A DNA stretch of 64,000 bases from Nemertoderma westbladi. Taxonomy: Eukaryota > Animalia > Xenacoelomorpha. Below are positions 57,532 to 64,000 of the stretch, piece after piece. The position numbers and the translations under genes were made by a program. Location of the stretch: NCBI GenBank assembly GCA_032718475.1, contig JAUCBJ010007049.1:1-64000 (forward strand), in the 5' to 3' direction. The notes below the pieces were generated by a model, which was given only the letters and a program-made list of their open reading frames with translations, was not told where the DNA came from and made no database searches. The stretch's first letter is position 1; each line of letters opens with the position of its first letter.

Positions 57532-58898
57532 CTACTACGATCACTGACGATCCTTTAGAGGAACTTCTTGAGATAGAAAGGAACCTCCCGAAGAAATCTC
57601 AGACGGAGATTCGACAACTTGAAGCAACAGATGCTATAGTTTGTATACAACCTTCAGAAACCTACCAACCCATAGATCCAGATGATTACGATTATAGTGT
57701 GGGAGGAAGCGCTCGACCGATTGGAGATCTTATATACGAACGAGTGTGGTACCCTGCCAATACAATGTGTAGTAAATGTGGCGTCGCTGGACATCATATG
57801 ACAAAGTGCAGTGGAAAGCACATTACTACGACTCAGCTAATCTGTGGATGGTGTGGGGATCAAGGGTCTCATACCTTTTATACTTGCTGGAGATTTATGG
57901 CTCAATGTACTTACTGCAATATAAAAGGACATCGAGCATCTAAATGCCAACTAAGAGACATACCTTATGAACACGAATCTGTAAAACTCGTGAGGAAATT
58001 ATTCGATGAGTGGGAAGATTTAGCCGACGAACATGTATCGGCACAAAGAAGACGGTTTCCGATGAGAGCGCATCTTGGATTTTGGGCGGTAAATCCCCAA
58101 ACGATGATGTCGGAAGGATACATCTCCGCTATGCCCCAATACGACGAACTTATCGAGGTAGTCGATATTTTGCCCCACGACAGTGGATTCCGAGTAGTGC
58201 GCGAGTATCTACTACAGATTCACCCGGATAACAAAAACACGTGGAATTTTCAGAAAGTCGTTAACCGCATTACGTATGGTGAATTCGATCGTTTCCGAAC
58301 TGAAAAGCGGAATAAAGGAGCTTGGTTAACCGTCGCATGGGCGTACCGAGCCGCGTTTTACCATAAACGTATACGAGCGAGCGTATTCGAGGAAGAGGAG
58401 GTCCTAGAGGCGACAAATATACCAGCCACTCCGGTTGCGCCGTCTGCACGTCACCCTCGGGAGGACGGACAGGGTAGGATCATACGGGTCCAGAAAGTGG
58501 GCCAACAATTAAAGAAGTCTATTAATATAGAAGAACGCAAGGGAGTCGAGCCGACCATTCGAATTACTCGGGATACGGTATCACTTCCTAGAGAACCAAC
58601 AGGAGGATCGGGACATACACCAGCTGATCAACAGGGGGTGCAAGCTACTCTTGGGTCTGTGTCGTCCGCTTCTCGCGCGTTCCCAGACGTTCTACCAACT
58701 GTAGTGACAACTGATCGGTCACGAGGAATCGGTCGAGGTTTTGGGATGCCAAATAGACGAATTTGCGAGGAAATAGTCGCACCGTCTCTCAACGTCCAAA
58801 CGAAACCAGTGACTCGCCCCACAAGTCCCATATCGCGAGCAAAGTCACCTGTGCGCAGTTTTCGAGGACGCGGCAGGGCTCGATCCACAAAACGATAA
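57384..58898 (+). CDS. Accessory protein of B: 3 CCHC knuckles, conserved helical motif, basic tail
   Basis: CSKC..H..C, CGWC..H..C, CTYC..H..C; WEDLADEH..RRRFP..LGFW; MPQYDEL; VREYL. Confidence 0.8.
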   Translation: MYLRCAGSLIERPSMFTLLPYEGERIVEITDESRQTRAPIGHLGDDFEVTTTITDDPLEELLEIERNLPKKSQTEIRQLEATDAIVCIQPSETYQPIDPDDYDYSVGGSARPIGDLIYERVWYPANTMCSKCGVAGHHMTKCSGKHITTTQLICGWCGDQGSHTFYTCWRFMAQCTYCNIKGHRASKCQLRDIPYEHESVKLVRKLFDEWEDLADEHVSAQRRRFPMRAHLGFWAVNPQTMMSEGYISAMPQYDELIEVVDILPHDSGFRVVREYLLQIHPDNKNTWNFQKVVNRITYGEFDRFRTEKRNKGAWLTVAWAYRAAFYHKRIRASVFEEEEVLEATNIPATPVAPSARHPREDGQGRIIRVQKVGQQLKKSINIEERKGVEPTIRITRDTVSLPREPTGGSGHTPADQQGVQATLGSVSSASRAFPDVLPTVVTTDRSRGIGRGFGMPNRRICEEIVAPSLNVQTKPVTRPTSPISRAKSPVRSFRGRGRARSTKR

Positions 58899-58944
58899 AA
58901 GGGAGGGCAAGGGTGGACGGAAGACTCGTGAGCCTTTCTTATGA

Positions 58945-59620
58945 TTTTGTGATTTATTTGAATTTATATTTATATTTGTGTTTATTCCGAACTTAGCAAT
59001 TTGTATTGTTCCGAATTTATGAAATTTAGAAAGTTTATATTTAGAAGGAACTTATATTTGAAAGATTTATGTTTCATATTTGAGATGCAAAGGAGTTTAT
59101 ATTATTCTAAACTTATGCAGTTTATATTTATATTTAGTAAAGATTTATATTTTGCAAGATTTATATTTTATATTTGTGATTATTCCGAACTTATGCAATT
59201 TATATTGTTCCGAATATTATGCAATTTATATCTTATAAGCAGTATTTGTATTTACAGTGAAATAGAAAGTAAGAGTAGATGGAAGACTCGTGGGCCTTTC
59301 TTATAGTTTCATTTGTAAAGTGTTATATTTTGTATTTAGAAAGTTTTATAGTTAGAAAATTTTGTGCTTAGAAAGACTCATATTTGTAATTATTCCGAAC
59401 TCATGCAATCTACATTTAGGCACGAAAGTATTTGTAATTATTTGAATTTATGCAATATTTGAGATGCAATAGATTTATATTGGTGAATTTAATTTAGATT
59501 TATATTGTACTTACTTAGTAAAGCCTTAAATACGTAAAGTTTGAATTTGTAATTATTTTGTATCGAATCATTATGTAGAAAGGAAGTATTGTTTGAAATT
59601 TAATTTGTAAATATGTAAGT
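58945..59620 (+). repeat. AT-rich degenerate repeats in the 3' UTR of B
   Basis: Recurrent ttccgaacttatgcaa and atttatattt motifs. Confidence 0.6.
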
Positions 59621-59705
59621 ACGCCCTAAGTATTCTATAGTTTGATTGATTATTGGTGAAAACCGTATATTTTATGCACGATAATATCCTGTTTTCATGG
59701 AGCGG

Positions 59706-61600
59706 TATAGAATTATATTCTCTAAATGCCGTGGATTTTCAAAATTTTATTTTTATTCGAATTAACTTTGTAAAGATTGCTTTGAGTCCTCATTTGTATT
59801 GCTATTTCTATTTATACGCCTATTGGTCAAGTAGTTCAGTAGCTCAGTCGGTAGAGCGTTGGAAATTATATGTGTAGTAGGTATTGAGTTCGAATCCTAG
59901 TAATGCGAATTATTTTTTGTGCAGAATTTCAACTCATTTAAATTGACCGCTACAAATTAATTGAATTTGTCTGTACCAATGAGACTGCAGTTATTAGATT
60001 GTAACCAATGTCGTGCAAGTTATATATTAGCTGGACCAATAGTTATCTTTAAAAACCTGTTAGAACCTATAGAACAATCGAGAATTTTCTCGATTGATTG
60101 CAGCACAAATTTGGTATATAAAGGTGCGATTTCGTTCATTAGTTATCTTTCTAATTCTATTTCAGATTAATTATTCTGAGTTATCTGATATTTGTTTATT
60201 CTGTCATTAGTATTCAGATTACATTTTGTATTATTATCTGCAATAAATTCAGAAATACCGCTATCTGCTTTTCCTTTCACCATGGATTCACTACGGTGAA
60301 CAACCTTAGGAACAGGATGGCCGGCTAGAGATCGGGCCGCAGCAATGAACGGGAACATCGGGGGAATGTAGACAAGAGACAACCCGCAATACCATCTTGA
60401 GTTATTCGCCCATCGCCTGAAAGGTTAGACAGCGTTCGACGCCTTGCTACCTAAGTGTAAGACCAAAAGATCAAAGGGTAGAAGTAGTGACACGCTGTGA
60501 GCCTAAAATTACATCTTAGGGACTGTACTGTCTTGATTCAGGAAAAACCACAGTAGACCTTCACATACCTATGGGGGGGAGAGCGCAGGCAGAGATACTA
60601 GTACGCAGATAGGACGTAGGCACACCGGTACGAAGCATACAAATTGGTAGGGTGCAGCAAACTGTACGCCTAACTCTTGCTAAGTACGGGTGCGTCTGTG
60701 ACTATTTGCAGTACAACAGTGTCCATTGCATCAGAACTTGTAGGCTAGGAGGGTTGCTGTGTTTTCACCTGAATTGGGATTGTACCGTTCAGGCGGTAGG
60801 GCAGTTTACAACTAGGCGCAAATAAATTGAGGCTATTAGGGATATACTAACATCTATCGTGTCCCCGCCAACGCCCTGATAGGAAGTTACCCAGCCTACC
60901 TGGGTGACTAAAATTCTAGATAAGAGCCAGGATAGCTATTAGTAACTGTACGCCTACAGTAGTAAACTAACACATCTCTTCTTAGTATCAGGGACCTGGT
61001 ACCTAAAATTGCCGAATTCTGGGCGTAGCATTAACCTTATGCCTGAATTTGAGTCCTGGAAATACGCAAGAGGGGAAGGAACCTTATCATTCGTGAGTAT
61101 TGGACCTACAAGTTACAAAATTAGAATATTCGTAAAATGCACACCGTACCCAGTAATTATATATGTGAAGGAGCAAAACTGCTTTTGACCGTTAAAAATT
61201 AACACACGCGCGTTAGAAATTATTTACACCTCAAAATATATAAAATTAACTTTTGTCCGTACTGTGCTTTGCCCGCTAGTTAGACATCTCCAAATCTCTG
61301 CCTCTGTACCTAGCTAGCGTCCCTTTCGCCCAACCATATAAATCACGCCGCGGCAAAGTATACGAGCCCCTTAGTCCGTCAGTGGGTCAGCCTGATTTTA
61401 GGATTCGCTGCGCGGGATTTTGTTTTATCGAAGTTTGTCTGCTCGTAGACTGTTTTCTGCCTCACCGGTTATAAGAGATCGATACTGCAATATATTCGCT
61501 TACTTAGAGTTTACTGTTTTGGTGAGAAGGTCGGATTTATGATTTGATTCACAAACTTTACAGTAGGATATTGCAGGTATTGTTACCGTCTCTTCCAATA
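59706..61600 (+). repeat. 3' LTR of B (1895 bp)
   Basis: Preceded by GGAGCGG and followed by the TSD CCGCT. Confidence 0.97.
59834..59918 (+). ncRNA. tRNA-derived cassette in 3' LTR of B
   Basis: Same sequence as 45109-45193. Confidence 0.65.
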
Positions 61601-63911
61601 CCGCTGTTACTGTAGATTTCCAAACCTGCATAATTCCTGACATGTTTAGCTTAGTTCGGAACTTGGGTTGTCCAGCAAATATGTCTTCGGCTAGCTCCTT
61701 GTCGATGAATGTTCCTGTACTACCGGAGTCAAGGAGGGCGTTCACTACATAACTCCTTTTTGGTCCGTAGACCCTTACCTGTACTACAGGAAATTCTCTA
61801 ATCCCTACATTGGAAGTTGGCGCTTTCCAAAATGGTTGTCGATCAGAAGTAGTTAGAGTGAGGTCAATGTCTGTATCTTTTTCATAAGTGAGTGCTCGAT
61901 ACACTGCGGTATTTATCATGTAACAGGACTCGTTTTCGTCGGAGAACTCGTCCGTATAGAATCCTTCCATCTCAGATTGATCAGTGTCGTTCACATCACT
62001 GAATTGGACATGTAGTTCGGAATCACTTACCTGACTCGGACTATTTCGCTCGAATTCAGTGTGCAACAAGATATGATGTTTCGCACCGCACTTTGCACAC
62101 CTGGTGTCGGAGTAACAGGTTCGTCGTTGGTGTCCTTGCCTGAGGCAATTATAACACAACCGCTTATCCCACATGACTTCCCGTCTCTCAGTTAATGATT
62201 TATTTAGGAATTCTTCACACATATTCAAGCGATGGGTCCCGTCACATAGCGCACATTTCGGTTTGATGTTACTTACCTTACTTTGAGTAACATTGTGTAC
62301 ACTTGTTTTTTCTTCGGGCTTTTTCACCTGAATTCTCTTAGGAGACGTAGGAGGAGTTTTTCTTACCTGTTCTCTCCTGTCATTGGTTCGAGACTTGAAT
62401 TTACTTACCTGATCTTTAGGCATTTTATTGACGTAATAAGATCTGTCAGTGTCTTTCCCGCTATCCTCTCCTTGAGAAGTCTGGCTTTCACCGTCGTCTG
62501 TATAACACACTGGTGTTACCTTTCTCCTAGAGACGGGTTTTTCACTTACATTGTTTTCCGGGGTCTTCTCTCTGGACAGTTTTAGGAGCTGTAATTTCAC
62601 TTCTCCATCTAGGAATGACATGAGATCAGCCATGGTAGGGTCTCGTCGTTGTTGTTCCATCATATATAACACTTTCTTATCCCAGCGTGTACCTACTCCA
62701 CCCTTCGGTAAAGTAGAAGCCACTGCTCTAATAACCATAGCACTCTGATACTCATGAGACTTACCTAGCCAATCTAATTGTCTGCAGATCTCCTGAATCT
62801 CATCGGAAAACTCTATAATCCCGCTGCTAATAAACTTTCGGGGCGCTACCAACTTTGCATACAAATACCCAGCTATGTTATTCCTATTACCATACCTGAT
62901 GTTTAGTGTATCCCAAACTTGTCTTAATCCGTCTGGATGTCCAATAAACTTTAACGCCATTAACTTGGGAGATCCTTCCAAGCACTCGACGAGGAATCTA
63001 AGTTTCTCTCCATTAGATAGTACAGAGTTCTGTATGTTATCTTTGTAATATTCATTAAAAGGTAACCATTTCATCTCATCTCCATTGAACTTGACGATCT
63101 CTCCCACCTTTACCGCTTGCCGGGCTTCGGTTCTAGCCATTTGACGCGTAAAACTTTCTTGGGCCATCGTGTTATTTAATATCGAGTTATCTGTATATAA
63201 ATTTCTCGGATTATGATCCGGTCTATAGGGAATATCATTATCAACAGGTCTATAATTACCCTTAATAGGGTTCACTATAGGAGTTTCTACCTCGCTAGCA
63301 GTATAGATGCGTGTAGGCTCCACACCTTGCGCATGAGATACTTCAGACCTAACAGGTTGACACATTGTTACAGGGGGTGGTGATATACCCCTTTGTGTAT
63401 TTACTAATTTATCGCGTTCTAGCGCGATACTTTGCTGCACTTCTTGCAACTCTAACCTACTTTCCCTTACTGTGCCCTTGAATTGCTGAACGGTCTACTG
63501 CATCTGTCCGAGCAGGAGATCCATCCCCCGTCGTCTCTCATCCACCCATTCGACCGCCGAAGTGGGATTCGCCAACGTTGTAGCGAGCGGACGAGGGACA
63601 ACGGGCGACAAATCTTGAATATTTCGCTCGGAGTCCAGGGCATGAACTGTCTCATGGGCTGTTCTGCTGGGCACAGGTAGCTTGGTACTGTGCAAAGGGA
63701 ATTTAGAGGTAGGTTCAGGGAGTACAGGTGTCTCTACCACCGAAAGGGTGGCTTCGGGAACAGGCCTAATTATTTCAGGCTCATCTACTATAGTAGGGAG
63801 TCTTTCTATTGTAATTATTTGGTCTGTGGGTTCTGTACTACCTAAGTTGGTGTTATTTAGTTGCCTTCTAACAGCTGGGGGCAAATCAGACAATTTCTGA
63901 CGGTGGGACAT
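61601..63911 (-). pseudogene. Gag-protease of C, frameshift near 63480, cut by B
   Basis: VKFNGDEMKW, CALC/CYNC/CAKC knuckles, LLDSGS protease motif. Confidence 0.9.
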
Positions 63912-64000
63912 TCTTTTACGTCTGCTTAGGCGAGATCGATTTCCTCCGCCTTCAGTGTCGGTGGTATCGCCTTCCTCAGATGATGTATAACCTTGTCTTT

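Larger units (their letters stand above)
44981..61600 (+). mobile_element. Full-length BEL/Pao element B (16.6 kb)
   Basis: Near-identical LTRs; TSD CCGCT at 44976-44980 and 61601-61605. Confidence 0.97.
33889..64000 (-). mobile_element. BEL/Pao element C, degenerate, interrupted by B; 5' end outside window
   Basis: The gag frame ending at 61601 joins the frame at 44980 across the TSD (...STVTA-DYYVGALSTPQDE). Confidence 0.88.

Overview
Eukaryotic (probably invertebrate) repeat-dense region made mostly of BEL/Pao-type LTR retrotransposons. Element A (1-10775, minus) has an open gag-pol that runs off the window. Element B (44981-61600, plus) is a complete copy of the same family with a CCGCT target-site duplication (TSD). 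B sits in the protease region of element C (~33889 to >64000, minus), which appears to sit in the gag of element D (22519-~33888, minus). E (18769-21776, TSD TATTT) is an internally deleted relative of D. Between them are a 5'-truncated LINE, two RTE-like LINE ends, a Nin-domain SINE, satellites and a cytochrome P450 pseudogene. Main signals: (1) B, C and D each carry a homologous non-env ORF after pol, with three CCHC knuckles plus a conserved helical motif; in C and D it is preceded by a DEDDy-type 3'-5' exonuclease domain with a shared YxxxE variant. (2) The A/B family lacks a TGG tRNA primer-binding site (PBS); the PBS position instead pairs (11+7 bp) with a segment inside its own LTR, suggesting self-priming. 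(3) A/B LTRs have TA...TA ends and contain a tRNA-like Pol III cassette. All domain calls are by-eye motif recognition; no searches were run.
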